From Burkholderiales bacterium (GTDB lineage: Bacteria; Pseudomonadota; Gammaproteobacteria; Burkholderiales; SG8-39): a DNA stretch of 64,000 bases. Shown here one piece after another: positions 1-9,322 of the stretch; the stretch's first letter is position 1, and every line of letters starts with the position of its first letter. The notes beneath the pieces are model-generated. The model was not told where the DNA came from. It ran no database searches and saw nothing but the letters and a program-made list of their open reading frames with translations. The translations under genes and the position numbers were made by a program. Location: the NCBI GenBank assembly GCA_041558415.1, contig JBFFEY010000001.1, positions 89,630-153,629 of the forward strand. Direction: 5' to 3'.

Positions 1-81
1 GTCGACATAAGCCTGTGTGCGGAACAGTTGCGGGTCCTTTAGCGAGATCGGCGGGAGCCCTGATTTGCCCGGTGCATTCAT
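1..81 (-). CDS. 5' end (27 codons) of an aldehyde / succinate-semialdehyde dehydrogenase-like gene that runs off the window
   Basis: ATG at 81-79 is preceded by GGAGGA. The translation MNAPGKSGLPPISLKDPQLFRTQAYVD resembles the N-terminus common in GabD-type ALDHs. The fragment is too short for certainty. Confidence 0.35.
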   Translation of the reverse strand, partial: MNAPGKSGLPPISLKDPQLFRTQAYVD

Positions 82-176
82 GACGGTGTCCTCCTGTTGC
101 GCTGCAATGCGGAAATTCTAGTGGCTTCGGCGCGCCGATGTCGCATTTGCGATCATTCGGGCGACAAACTTTATGA

Positions 177-206
177 TTGACAGTGCCCTGCGTGGGTGCG
201 TACAGT
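177..206 (+). promoter_or_regulatory. Sigma70-like promoter for the LIV-type ABC operon
   Basis: TTGACA (177-182), an 18-nt spacer, then TACAGT (201-206), about 95 nt upstream of the substrate-binding protein ATG at 301. Confidence 0.4.
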
Positions 207-300
207 GCCTTGGAAAAACCAGCATAAACAAGGACCTCCGATGCGTTCAGCAGAACGCGGCGCGAGGCCGTTCCGTCGTTTCGAACATGAGGAGAGCGCA

Positions 301-1491
301 ATGAAACGCAGCACGCCCATCAAAGGGATCGCCGTCGCGCTGACGGCAGCCGCAGTACTCGCGCCGCTGGCACCGGCATCCGCGCAGGACGTGCGCATCG
401 GCTACGCCATTGCGCGTACCGGACCGTGGTCGGTGGGCGCGCAGGTGACGCAGGAGCCGAACTACGTCATGTGGGCCGAGCAGGTGAACGCCGCCGGTGG
501 CCTAAACGTCGGCGGCAAGAAGCGCAAGATCGAGCTCGTCGCCTACGACGACCGCAGCAACATGGAAACGGTCGTGCGCACCTACGAAAAGCTCATGACC
601 AGCGACAAGGTGGATCTCATCCTGCCGCCCTGGGGCACAGGCGCGAACTTCGCGATCATGCCGCTCGCCAAGAAGCACGGCTATCCGATGCTGTCGTGCA
701 CGGCCGCCGGGCGCAAGCTGATCGGCATGAAGAACCCTTACTTTTTCGGCTTGCTGCAGCAGCCCGACACCATCATGGATGCGCTCGCCGAGTACATGGT
801 CGCACGCAACGTGAAGACCGCGGCCGTGATTCACGTCGACGAGCTGTTCGGTCTCGCGATGTACAACGGGCTCGAGGCGTCGATGAAGCGCAAGGGCATC
901 CGGATCGTCGAGAAGAAGAGCTATCCGCTCGGCATCAAGGACCTCTCGCCGGTGCTGAAGGGCATGCAGGCGAAGAACCCCGATGCCTTCGTCGGGCTGA
1001 CCTACCCGCCGGGCACCTTCCTGTCGACCGGGCAATCGAAAGCGATCGGCTTCAACCCGAAGATCTTCTACGTTGCGGTTGCGGCAGCCTTTCCGGTGTA
1101 TCGCGACAAGATGACGCCGGCGACGGTCGAGGGCGTGATGGGCATCGGCAGCTGGAACCCGAAGACGAGCCCGGCGGCAAAGGACTACTTCGACGCGCAC
1201 GTAAAGCGCTGGAAGAAGGAGCCCGATCGCTGGGCGAGCGCGCACTGCTGGGCCGGGTTGCAGATCCTGCAGGCCGCGGTCGGAAAGGTCGGCCTCGATC
1301 GCAGAAAGATCCGCGACTACATCGCGAACACGGAACACGACACCATCATCGGCAAGATGCGTTTCAAGGGCAGCGAGAACGTATCGACGCCGGGCGTCGT
1401 GAGCCAGTGGCAGAACGGCGAGTTCGAGGTGGTGTGGCCGCCGCAGCGGGCAACCTCGGCGGCGCTGTTCCCGAAACCCAATTGGAAATAA
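301..1491 (+). CDS. Periplasmic substrate-binding protein of a branched-chain-amino-acid (LIV/HAAT) type ABC transporter
   Basis: Start taken at the ATG at 301 after GAGGAG. Signal peptide MKRSTPIKGIAVALTAAAVLAPLAPASA/QD. LivK-like type I periplasmic binding protein sequence (YDDRSN, PPWGTG). Followed by two permease and two ATPase genes. Confidence 0.85.
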   Translation: MKRSTPIKGIAVALTAAAVLAPLAPASAQDVRIGYAIARTGPWSVGAQVTQEPNYVMWAEQVNAAGGLNVGGKKRKIELVAYDDRSNMETVVRTYEKLMTSDKVDLILPPWGTGANFAIMPLAKKHGYPMLSCTAAGRKLIGMKNPYFFGLLQQPDTIMDALAEYMVARNVKTAAVIHVDELFGLAMYNGLEASMKRKGIRIVEKKSYPLGIKDLSPVLKGMQAKNPDAFVGLTYPPGTFLSTGQSKAIGFNPKIFYVAVAAAFPVYRDKMTPATVEGVMGIGSWNPKTSPAAKDYFDAHVKRWKKEPDRWASAHCWAGLQILQAAVGKVGLDRRKIRDYIANTEHDTIIGKMRFKGSENVSTPGVVSQWQNGEFEVVWPPQRATSAALFPKPNWK

Positions 1492-1510
1492 TCTAAGCAC
1501 GCAATCCGCG

Positions 1511-1561
1511 CCCCGCGGGCCTTGACGCGAAGCGCGTCGCGGGCTCCGCGGGGCTTTTTTT
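1511..1561 (+). terminator. Rho-independent terminator/attenuator after the substrate-binding protein gene
   Basis: CCCCGCGG (1511-1518) pairs with CCGCGGGG (1546-1553), with an inner GACGCG-AAG-CGCGTC hairpin, followed by a run of 7 T (1555-1561). Confidence 0.6.
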
Positions 1562-1570
1562 CATCCTCCC

Positions 1571-2440
1571 ATGGGATTTTGGCTCGAGCTCGCGGCGTCC
1601 GGACTGATCACCGGCGGGATCTATGCCGTGGTCGCGATCGGCCTCAACCTGCAGTACGGGTTGATGCGCATTCTGAACATCTCGCACGGCGAGTTCCTGA
1701 TGCTCGGCGCCTACCTCACCTGGCTCGCGCACACCACGCTGAGAATCAATCCCGTGGTGCTGCTGCCGGTGGTCGCCGTGGCGCTGTTCCTGCTCGGTGT
1801 CGTGGTCTATCGCCTGTGCTTTCGGCGCATCGCGCGCGCGGCGCCGACGGTGGAGGTGATCGAGGCGAGAAGCCTGCTCGTCGGCTTTGGCCTGATGTTC
1901 TTCGTGCAGAACGCCGTGTACCTCGTCTGGGGTGCCGATCTGCGCGGCTATTCCTTCATGGCCGAGCCGGTCGACATCGCCGGCGCGCGCTTCATGGCGA
2001 ACCGGCTGCTGGTGTTCGGTTTCGCGGTGGCGGCGAGCCTCGGCCTGCTTGCGCTGTTGCGCTGGACCCTGTTCGGCAAGGCAGTGCGCGCGATGATGCA
2101 GTCGCCGACCGGGGCGCAGCTGGTCGGTGTCGACACGGGGACCCTGCACCCGCTGGTGTTCGGTGCCGGTCTGGCGCTGGCCGGCGTCGCCGGCGGATTG
2201 CTGTCGATGGTGTACGAGATCTCGCCGACGATGGGTGAACCCTACACCGTCACCGCGCTGATCGTGATCACGCTCGGTGGTCTCGGTAGCGCGATCGGCA
2301 GCCTGCTCGGCGGCTTTCTGCTCGGGCTGGTCGAGGCCTTCGGCATGCACTTCACCAATCCCTCGCTGAAGATGGTGCTGTCCTACGGCGTGCTGGTCGC
2401 GGTGCTGATCGCCCGTCCGAAGGGGCTGTTCGCACGATGA
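1571..2440 (+). CDS. LivH-like HAAT-family ABC permease
   Basis: 289-aa polytopic membrane protein. Its TGA overlaps the next ATG (ATGA at 2437-2440). Position in the operon fits. Confidence 0.85.
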   Translation: MGFWLELAASGLITGGIYAVVAIGLNLQYGLMRILNISHGEFLMLGAYLTWLAHTTLRINPVVLLPVVAVALFLLGVVVYRLCFRRIARAAPTVEVIEARSLLVGFGLMFFVQNAVYLVWGADLRGYSFMAEPVDIAGARFMANRLLVFGFAVAASLGLLALLRWTLFGKAVRAMMQSPTGAQLVGVDTGTLHPLVFGAGLALAGVAGGLLSMVYEISPTMGEPYTVTALIVITLGGLGSAIGSLLGGFLLGLVEAFGMHFTNPSLKMVLSYGVLVAVLIARPKGLFAR

Positions 2441-3375
2441 ACGCAGCGGTGACATCGAAGATGCGCGGCGTGCCGCTCGCCCTGGCATTGACTGCGGGCG
2501 GCGGCGTCGTGCTGGCGCTGCTGCCCTGGCTGCTGTCGGACTTCCTGCTGGCGCTGGCGCTCAGCTGCCTGATGTTCGCCGCGCTTGCGGTGAGCTGGTC
2601 GATGTTCTGCGGTCCGACGCAATACCTGTCGCTCGCCACCTCGGCCTTTTTCGGCCTCGGTGCCTACGTCACCGCCTGGGGGCTGGAGTCCATGCCCTAC
2701 GGCCTGGCGGTGCTCGGCGGCGGGCTGGTCGGCGCGGCATTCGCCGCGCTCATCGGGATGCTCGTGCTGCACCTGCGCGGTGCCTATTTCGCCGTCATCA
2801 CCTTCGGCCTGACCGAGCTGACGCTGCACTCGGTGACCTATTTCGAAAAAACCTACGCCAATACCGCAGGGCGGATCATCAGCGAAGCCCCCGAGAACAC
2901 GGTGATCTACTGGACCGTGCTCGGCATCACGCTGCTCGCCATCGCCACGGCGATCCTGGTGCGCGCCAGCCGCCTCGGCTTCGCGCTTTCCGGCATCGGC
3001 GGCGACGAAGAGCGCGCGCAGACGCTCGGCGTGAACACGCGCCGTGTGAAGGTCATCGCGTTTACGCTGTCGGCGTTCTTCCCGGGCGCGCTCGGTGCGG
3101 CGATGGCGGTGCGCTGGACCTACATCGAGCCGCTGTCGGTGTTCAATCCCTTCATCGGCTTTCAGACCGTGCTCATCGCCATGGTCGGTGGCGCACAGAC
3201 CCTGCTCGGGCCCATCGTGTCATCGGTGTTCTTCAGCCTGCTTACAGAATTCCTGCGCCTGCGCTTCCCCTACGCTTTCCTGCTCGTCCTCGGGCTGTTG
3301 CTGGTGGTGCTGGTGCTGTACCTGCCGGGCGGCCTGGCGTCGCTGTTCGTGCGCCGAGCGAGGCAGCATGGCTGA
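2437..3375 (+). CDS. LivM-like HAAT-family ABC permease
   Basis: 312-aa hydrophobic protein, second permease in a LivKHMGF-type order. Confidence 0.85.
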   Translation: MNAAVTSKMRGVPLALALTAGGGVVLALLPWLLSDFLLALALSCLMFAALAVSWSMFCGPTQYLSLATSAFFGLGAYVTAWGLESMPYGLAVLGGGLVGAAFAALIGMLVLHLRGAYFAVITFGLTELTLHSVTYFEKTYANTAGRIISEAPENTVIYWTVLGITLLAIATAILVRASRLGFALSGIGGDEERAQTLGVNTRRVKVIAFTLSAFFPGALGAAMAVRWTYIEPLSVFNPFIGFQTVLIAMVGGAQTLLGPIVSSVFFSLLTEFLRLRFPYAFLLVLGLLLVVLVLYLPGGLASLFVRRARQHG

Positions 3376-4123
3376 GGCGCTGCTGTCCGCGCGCGGCGTG
3401 AGCGTGCGCTTCGGCGGCCTGACCGCCGTGAATGCGGTCGACCTCGACGTGCGTGCGGGTGAGCTGGTCGGCATCATCGGCCCGAATGGCGCAGGCAAGA
3501 CGACCTTCTTCCATACGCTGTCGGGCGTGCTCAGACCGACCGAGGGCCGGCTGATCGTGGCGGGCGACGATCTCACCGGATGCGCGCCGCATGTCTACGC
3601 GGCGCACGGCGTCGCACGCACCTTCCAGACGCCGCGCGTATTCCGCGACATGCCGGCGGGGGACAACGTGCGCTTCGCGCTCGAGTTCGCCGGCCGCCTG
3701 CGCAGGCACGCGCACGACGCCTTCGACGACGCCGAAACGATCCTCGGCTTTCTCGGTCTGGCCGAGGTGGCGGCGATGCCGGCCGGGGCGCTCACACCGG
3801 CGCGCCAGCGCCTGCTCGAGATCGGCGTCGCGCTCGGCGCGCGCCCGCGCGTGCTGCTGCTCGACGAGGTCGCAGCCGGACTCACCCACACCGAAGTCGA
3901 CGCCACCGCGCAGCTCGTCCGCCGGGTGCGCGACGAGCTCGGCGTGGCGGTGATCTGGATCGAGCACGCGGTGCGCGCGCTGATGGACACCGTCGAGCGT
4001 GTCGCCGTGCTGCATCAGGGCGCCAAGATCGCGGACGGCGATCCGCGCGCCGTGGCGAAGCAATCGACGGTGATCGAAGCCTACCTGGGCGAGGAAGGCG
4101 GGCCGGAAAGGATCGCGGCATGA
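3368..4123 (+). CDS. LivG-like ABC ATP-binding protein
   Basis: ATG at 3368. Walker A motif GPNGAGKTT. C-terminal ...VIEAYLGE typical of LivG. Overlaps the next ATG by 4 nt. Confidence 0.9.
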   Translation: MAEALLSARGVSVRFGGLTAVNAVDLDVRAGELVGIIGPNGAGKTTFFHTLSGVLRPTEGRLIVAGDDLTGCAPHVYAAHGVARTFQTPRVFRDMPAGDNVRFALEFAGRLRRHAHDAFDDAETILGFLGLAEVAAMPAGALTPARQRLLEIGVALGARPRVLLLDEVAAGLTHTEVDATAQLVRRVRDELGVAVIWIEHAVRALMDTVERVAVLHQGAKIADGDPRAVAKQSTVIEAYLGEEGGPERIAA

Positions 4124-4863
4124 GCGCCGCGCTCGTGGTGCGCAACCTCTCGGCGGGTTACGGCCCGATGCGAGTGCTGGAGAACGTCGCGCTCGAGGCG
4201 CCGAGCGGTGAGCTCACGGTCGTTGTCGGCCCGAACGGCGCCGGCAAGAGCACGCTGCTGCGTGCGATCTCGGGCATCATCCCGCGCGCGGGCGAAGTGC
4301 TGTTCGACGGTGAGCCGCTGCCGACGCGCGCCTCGGCGATCGTTTCGCGCGGCCTGGCGCAGGTGCCCGAGGGGCGACAGCTGTTTCCGCAGATGACGGT
4401 CCTCGAGAACCTCGAGCTCGGCGCCTACCTCGTCCGCCGCGCCGAGCGCGCCGGACGCCTCGCGCGGGTGCTCGAGCTTTTTCCGCGGCTCGCCGAGCGG
4501 CGTCATCAGCTCGCCGGTACCATGTCGGGCGGCGAGCAGCAGATGCTCGCCGTCGGGCGCGCGCTGATGGGCAAGCCGAAGCTGCTGATGCTCGACGAGC
4601 CTTCGCTCGGTCTCGCGCCGAGGATGGTCGACGAGCTGCTGGCGATCGTGCGCCGCATCCGTGACGAGGGCGTGACCGTGCTGCTGGTCGAGCAGAACGT
4701 CGCCAAGGCGCTGGCGATCGCGGAAAGCGCCTACGTGCTGGAACGCGGCGCGGTCGTGATGAAGGGGGCCGCGCGCAGCCTGCTCGGCTCGGAGCGGCTG
4801 CGCGCGTCGTATCTCGGAACCGAAACGAAACCCGGAATGCTGATCTGGAAAGGAGGGCTTTTC
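4120..4863 (+). CDS. LivF-like ABC ATP-binding protein with no stop codon (reads in frame into the next gene)
   Basis: ATG at 4120. Walker A GPNGAGKST, signature LSGGEQQML, and the usual LivF C-terminus ...RASYLG at about 4819. The frame stays open through TETKPGMLIWKGGLF into the ATG at 4864. The end coordinate is nominal. Confidence 0.75.
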
Positions 4864-6345
4864 ATGACCACGGAACAGACCACTGCGGTGACCATCGCCG
4901 CGGAGAACGCTTGGAAGGGGAAAGTCTTTTCCGGGCGCTGGATGATGCCGAAGGGCGGCTCGCGCGAAGTGATCGAGCCGGCCACCGGCAACGTGCTGAC
5001 CGAGGTCGGCATCGCCGACGCAGAGGACGTGCGCGAGGCGGCGGCGACGGCCAAGGCGGCGCAGATCGAATGGGCGAACACGCCGGCCGATCAGCGTGCC
5101 GCGGTGCTGCGCCGCGCCGCGCAGTTTCTCGAAGCGCAGAGCGACACGCTGCGCCCCTGGATCATGCGCGAAACTGGCGGCATCGCGCCCAAGGCCGACA
5201 AGGAGCTGCATTTTGCGACCGAGATCCTGATCGAGGCGGCGGCGATTGCGACCCAGCCGCCCGGCGTGATGCTGCCCTCCGGACCGAAGCGCATGAGCTT
5301 CGCGCGGCGCGTGCCGCACGGCGTGGTTGGCGTCATCTCGCCGTTCAACTTCCCGCTGATCCTGTCGACGCGTGCGGTCGCGCCGGCGCTGGCGCTCGGC
5401 AACGCGGTCATCCTCAAGCCCGATCCGCAGACGCCGGTGACCGGCGGCTTCATCCTGGCGCGTATTTTCGAGGCGGCCGGGCTGCCCGCGGGCCTGCTGC
5501 ACGTCCTGCCGGGCGGCGCGCAGACCGGCGAGGCGATCGTCAGCGACCCGGACATCGCCATGATCTCGTTCACCGGCTCGACCGCGGCCGGGCGGCGCGT
5601 CGGCGAGCTGGCGAGCAAGCACCTGAAGAAGGTGACGCTCGAACTCGGCGGCAAGAATTCGACCATCGTGCTGGACGACGCCGACCTCGATGTCGCCGCG
5701 TCCTGCGTCGCCTGGGGCGCTTATCTGCACCAGGGGCAGATCTGCATGGCGACGGGCAACGTCTACGCGCATCGCAGTATTGCGCGCGACCTCACCGAGC
5801 GCCTGGTGCGCAAGGCCAAGCACCTGCCGGTGGGCGATCCGACCAGCGGCAAGGTGGCGCTGGGGCCGCTGATCAACGCGCAGCAGCTCGAGCGGGTCGA
5901 CGGCATCGTCCGCGACGCGGTGGCCAAGGGCGCGGTGCTGCGCGCCGGCGGCGAGCACGAGAACCTGTTCTACAAGCCGACCGTGCTGGAGGAAGTGCGA
6001 CCGGGCATGCGCGTGCTGGAGGAGGAGGTGTTCGGGCCGGTGGTGGCGATCGTGGCCTTCGATTCCGACGACGAGGCGATCGCGATGAACAATGCCTCGC
6101 AGTACGGCCTGTCGACCGGCGTGATCACCACCTCGCTCGAGCGCGCGATGAGCTTCACCGCGCGCCTCACGACCGGCATCATCCACGTCAACGACCAGAC
6201 CGTCGGCGACGAACCCTGGGTACCGTTCGGCGGCACCGGCGCCTCCGGCAACGGCGGCCGGCATGGCGGCGTCGCCAACTGGGAGGAGTTCACCCAGTGG
6301 CAGTGGGTGACGATGCAAGACAAGGCGACGCCGTTCCCCTTCTGA
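4864..6345 (+). CDS. NAD(P)-dependent aldehyde dehydrogenase (benzaldehyde / aromatic-aldehyde dehydrogenase-like)
   Basis: ATG at 4864 lies 7 nt after AAGGAGG. ALDH motifs ELGGKNS and the catalytic-Cys context GQICMATG are present. N-terminus ...AWKGKVFSGRW resembles aromatic ALDHs. Confidence 0.85.
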   Translation: MTTEQTTAVTIAAENAWKGKVFSGRWMMPKGGSREVIEPATGNVLTEVGIADAEDVREAAATAKAAQIEWANTPADQRAAVLRRAAQFLEAQSDTLRPWIMRETGGIAPKADKELHFATEILIEAAAIATQPPGVMLPSGPKRMSFARRVPHGVVGVISPFNFPLILSTRAVAPALALGNAVILKPDPQTPVTGGFILARIFEAAGLPAGLLHVLPGGAQTGEAIVSDPDIAMISFTGSTAAGRRVGELASKHLKKVTLELGGKNSTIVLDDADLDVAASCVAWGAYLHQGQICMATGNVYAHRSIARDLTERLVRKAKHLPVGDPTSGKVALGPLINAQQLERVDGIVRDAVAKGAVLRAGGEHENLFYKPTVLEEVRPGMRVLEEEVFGPVVAIVAFDSDDEAIAMNNASQYGLSTGVITTSLERAMSFTARLTTGIIHVNDQTVGDEPWVPFGGTGASGNGGRHGGVANWEEFTQWQWVTMQDKATPFPF

Positions 6346-6384
6346 ACGGCGTGTCCAGCGTGGTGCACGGCAGGACAAGCCGGC

Positions 6385-7653
6385 ATGGATAAGGTCGCCA
6401 TCGTCGGCGGCGGTCTCTGCGGGCTGGCGCTCGCCATGAATCTGCACGCGCGCGGCATCGGCTGCACGGTCTTCGAGCGCGCGGAGGAGATCCGGCCGCT
6501 CGGCGTCGGCATCACGCTGCTGCCGCATGCAATGCGCGAGTTCGCCGCGCTCGGCCTGTCCGAGGCGATCCTCGCCGCCGGCATCGAGAACCGCGAAAGC
6601 TGCTTTTTCAACCGCTTTGGCCAGCTGATCTACCGCGAAGACCGCGGCCGCTACGCCGGCTACCCGCTGCCCGAGGTCGGCATCCACCGCGGGCGGCTGC
6701 ACGGAATTCTGTACGCGGCGGCGCTCGCGCGTCTCGGTGCGGCGCGCATCCGCCTCGGCCACCAGTGCACGGGCGTCGAGCAGGACGCGCAGGGCGCCAG
6801 CTTGCGCTTCGTCTCGAGCGCGACGCAGGCGCCGCTGGCGCCCGCGCGTGCCGAGGTCGTCGTCGACTGCGAGGGCGTCAACTCGGCGCTGCGCGCGCAG
6901 TTCTACCCCGCCGAACACCTGGCCTTCGCCGGCATCAACACCTGGCGCGGGGTGACGCGCCACGCGCCGATCCTCACCGGGCGCAGCTACCTGCGCGTTG
7001 GCTCGCTGCGCAGCGGCAAGATGGTGATCTATCCGATCGTCGACGATATCGACGGCGACGGCAGCGGTCGGCAGCTGATCAACTGGGTCGCCGAGGTACA
7101 GCGCGAGGACTTCGCGCGCAACGACTGGAACCAGCCGGGCGAGTTGACGGACTTCATCGGCCTGTACGAAAGCTGGCGTTTCGACTGGCTCGACGTGCCG
7201 GCACTGATTCGCAACGCCGAGCAGATTCTCGAGTACCCGATGGTCGATCGCGATCCGGTCGATCGCTGGACCTTCGATCGCGTCACGCTCGCCGGCGACG
7301 CCGCGCACCCGATGTACCCGCGCGGCTCGAACGGCGCGGCGCAGGCGGTGATCGACGCGCGCACGCTGGCCGACTGCCTGGCGGCGGCCGTCGATCCGCG
7401 CGACGCGCTACGGGCCTACGAGGCGGCGCGCCGCGAGGTGACGGCGAAGATCGTGCGCACCAACCGCGCGCATCCGCCCGATTACATCATCGCCAGGGTC
7501 GAGGAATGCGTCGGCGACCGGCCGTTCGACGACCTGGAGCGCTACGTGACGCAGGAGGAACTGCGCGCGCTTTCCGAGAACTACAAGCGCATCGCCGGAT
7601 TCAGCGCCGCCGACGTCGCAGCGGCACCCGCCGCTCAGAACGTGCCCGGGTAG
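6385..7653 (+). CDS. FAD-dependent aromatic-ring monooxygenase family protein
   Basis: N-terminal dinucleotide-binding fold MDKVAIVGGGLCGLALA. GD....AHPMYPRGSNGAAQAIxDA-type motif of class A flavoprotein monooxygenases. Confidence 0.75.
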   Translation: MDKVAIVGGGLCGLALAMNLHARGIGCTVFERAEEIRPLGVGITLLPHAMREFAALGLSEAILAAGIENRESCFFNRFGQLIYREDRGRYAGYPLPEVGIHRGRLHGILYAAALARLGAARIRLGHQCTGVEQDAQGASLRFVSSATQAPLAPARAEVVVDCEGVNSALRAQFYPAEHLAFAGINTWRGVTRHAPILTGRSYLRVGSLRSGKMVIYPIVDDIDGDGSGRQLINWVAEVQREDFARNDWNQPGELTDFIGLYESWRFDWLDVPALIRNAEQILEYPMVDRDPVDRWTFDRVTLAGDAAHPMYPRGSNGAAQAVIDARTLADCLAAAVDPRDALRAYEAARREVTAKIVRTNRAHPPDYIIARVEECVGDRPFDDLERYVTQEELRALSENYKRIAGFSAADVAAAPAAQNVPG

Positions 7654-8417
7654 GCGCCGCCGTCCAGCAGGAAGTTCTGTCCGGTGATGTAGCCGGCCTG
7701 CGCGCTGCATAGGTAGGCGCAGCAGTCGCCGAACTCCTCGATCGTGCCGAAGCGCCCCGCCGGGTTGGCGTCGGCGCGTGCCTTGGCGAGCGCCTCCGGC
7801 GTGGTGCCGGTCTTCTTCGCGTTGAAGGCGAAATTCGAGCGCAGCCGGTCGGTGTCGAACGGCCCGGGCAGCAGGTTGTTGATGGTGACGTTGTGGCGCA
7901 CGGTCTTGCGCGACAGGCCGGCGATGAAGCCATGCAGGCCGGTGCGTGCGCCGTTCGACAGTCCGAGCTCCGGAATCGGCATCTTCACCGCGCCCGAGGT
8001 GATGTTGACGATACGGCCGAACTTGCGCTCGATCATGCCGTCGACCACCGCCTTGATGAGCTCGATCGGCGTGAGCATATTGGCCTCCAGCGCCTTGATC
8101 CAGTCCTCGCGCGACCAGTCACGGAAGTCCCCCGGCGGCGGCCCCCCGGCGTTGTTGACCAGGATGTCGACCGCGCCGGCCGCCTTGAGCGCCGCCGCGC
8201 GCCCTTCTGCCGTCGTGATATCGCCCGCGACGGCGGTGACGTTCACGCCGCTCGCGCCGCGAATCTCCGCCGCCGTGGCCTCGAGCGCGTCCTTGCCGCG
8301 CGCCGTGATCACCAGGTTGACGCCGTCGCGCGCGAGCGCCAGCGCGCATCCCTTGCCCAGGCCCTTGGATGCTGCGCAGACCAGCGCGGTCTTGCCGCGA
8401 ATGCCGAGATCCATCAT
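7635..8417 (-). CDS. Short-chain dehydrogenase/reductase (SDR) family oxidoreductase
   Basis: ATG at 8417 after AAGGAGG. TALVCAASKGLGKG cofactor-binding motif and NNAGG motif. About 260 aa. The 3' end overlaps the convergent monooxygenase by 19 nt. Confidence 0.85.
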   Translation of the reverse strand: MMDLGIRGKTALVCAASKGLGKGCALALARDGVNLVITARGKDALEATAAEIRGASGVNVTAVAGDITTAEGRAAALKAAGAVDILVNNAGGPPPGDFRDWSREDWIKALEANMLTPIELIKAVVDGMIERKFGRIVNITSGAVKMPIPELGLSNGARTGLHGFIAGLSRKTVRHNVTINNLLPGPFDTDRLRSNFAFNAKKTGTTPEALAKARADANPAGRFGTIEEFGDCCAYLCSAQAGYITGQNFLLDGGAYPGTF

Positions 8418-9322
8418 GTCCTCCTTGCTTTCGATTTGAGCGAGACTAGCAGAACGCCGCCGATGACGAGCAGCCCGCCGAGCGCCTGCAGCCAGCCGAA
8501 GGGTTCGTCCAGCCCGAGCGCGCTGGTGAGCGCGACGCTCACCGGTCCGACTGCCGCGATGAGCGCGAACTGGTTGGCGCCGATGCGGCGCAGCGCCTCG
8601 GCGACGCAGAACACGGGCAGCACGGTGCTGAAGGTTGCCATCACGATCGCGTAGCCCCACACCGCGGCCGGCAGCTCCAGTGCGGCGAGCGGCTCGAGTG
8701 CGAAGAACTGGACCACCGCGGGCGCGGTCGCGACGACCATAGTGTAGGCGGTGAAGCGCAGCGAGCCGATGCGCTGCACCAGCTGGCTGCCGGCGACGAG
8801 ATAGATCGCGTAGCACAGTGCCGAGCCGAGGATGAGTAGGGCGCCGAACAGGAACGCCTTGCCCTGCGGCGTGGCGTCGAGCTGATTCGACACGACGAGC
8901 GCGATGCCGAGGTAGCACGTCAGCAGCGCGCCGATCTCGCGCCGCGTCGGGCGCTTATGCAGGAACAGGAACGACAGCAGCAGCACCAGCGTCGGGTAGA
9001 GGAACTGGATCAGCCGTCCGACGCCGGCACCGACGTGCACCAGGCCGAGGAAATCGAGGAAGCTCGCCAGGTAATAGCCGATGAAGCCGAGGCCGGCGAC
9101 GCCGGCCCAGTCCTTCGCCGTCAGGCGCGGTTCTGCGCCGCGCAGCCACCACGCCATCGCCAGGAAGAACGGCAGCGCGAGCAGCATGCGCAGGAACAGT
9201 AGCGTGACCGGTCCGACCGGGTGCGCGGCGTAGGCCAGCTTGATGAGAATCGGGCGGAACGAAAACGCGACGACACCGACCAGCGCCAGCGTCACGCCCC
9301 AGGCGCGCTGCGGCGCGCTCAA
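8414..9322 (-). CDS. EamA/DMT-family transporter
   Basis: 302-aa protein with about 10 TM segments and two EamA-like halves. TTG start at 9322; an in-frame GTG at 9295 is an alternative. Confidence 0.75.
   Translation of the reverse strand: MSAPQRAWGVTLALVGVVAFSFRPILIKLAYAAHPVGPVTLLFLRMLLALPFFLAMAWWLRGAEPRLTAKDWAGVAGLGFIGYYLASFLDFLGLVHVGAGVGRLIQFLYPTLVLLLSFLFLHKRPTRREIGALLTCYLGIALVVSNQLDATPQGKAFLFGALLILGSALCYAIYLVAGSQLVQRIGSLRFTAYTMVVATAPAVVQFFALEPLAALELPAAVWGYAIVMATFSTVLPVFCVAEALRRIGANQFALIAAVGPVSVALTSALGLDEPFGWLQALGGLLVIGGVLLVSLKSKARRT

Noticed and set aside
3580-4119. N-terminal 180-codon extension of the 921-aa ORF upstream of the LivF-like start.
   Set aside because: It overlaps the well-supported LivG-like gene in another frame, and its sequence is Arg/Ala-rich nonsense. 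The LivF homology starts at ATG 4120, which overlaps the LivG stop.
4081-7308. Very long antisense ORFs: 4081..7308 minus (1075 aa), 16730..18778 minus (682 aa), 46521..48344 minus (607 aa), 57381..59228 minus (615 aa), 9430..10842 plus, 42942..44564 plus, and many others in the track.
   Set aside because: They lie opposite genes with unmistakable conserved motifs. Their translations are monotonous Arg/Ala/Gly/Pro/His-rich strings with no recognisable domains. This is the usual stop-codon-poor shadow-frame artefact of GC-rich DNA.
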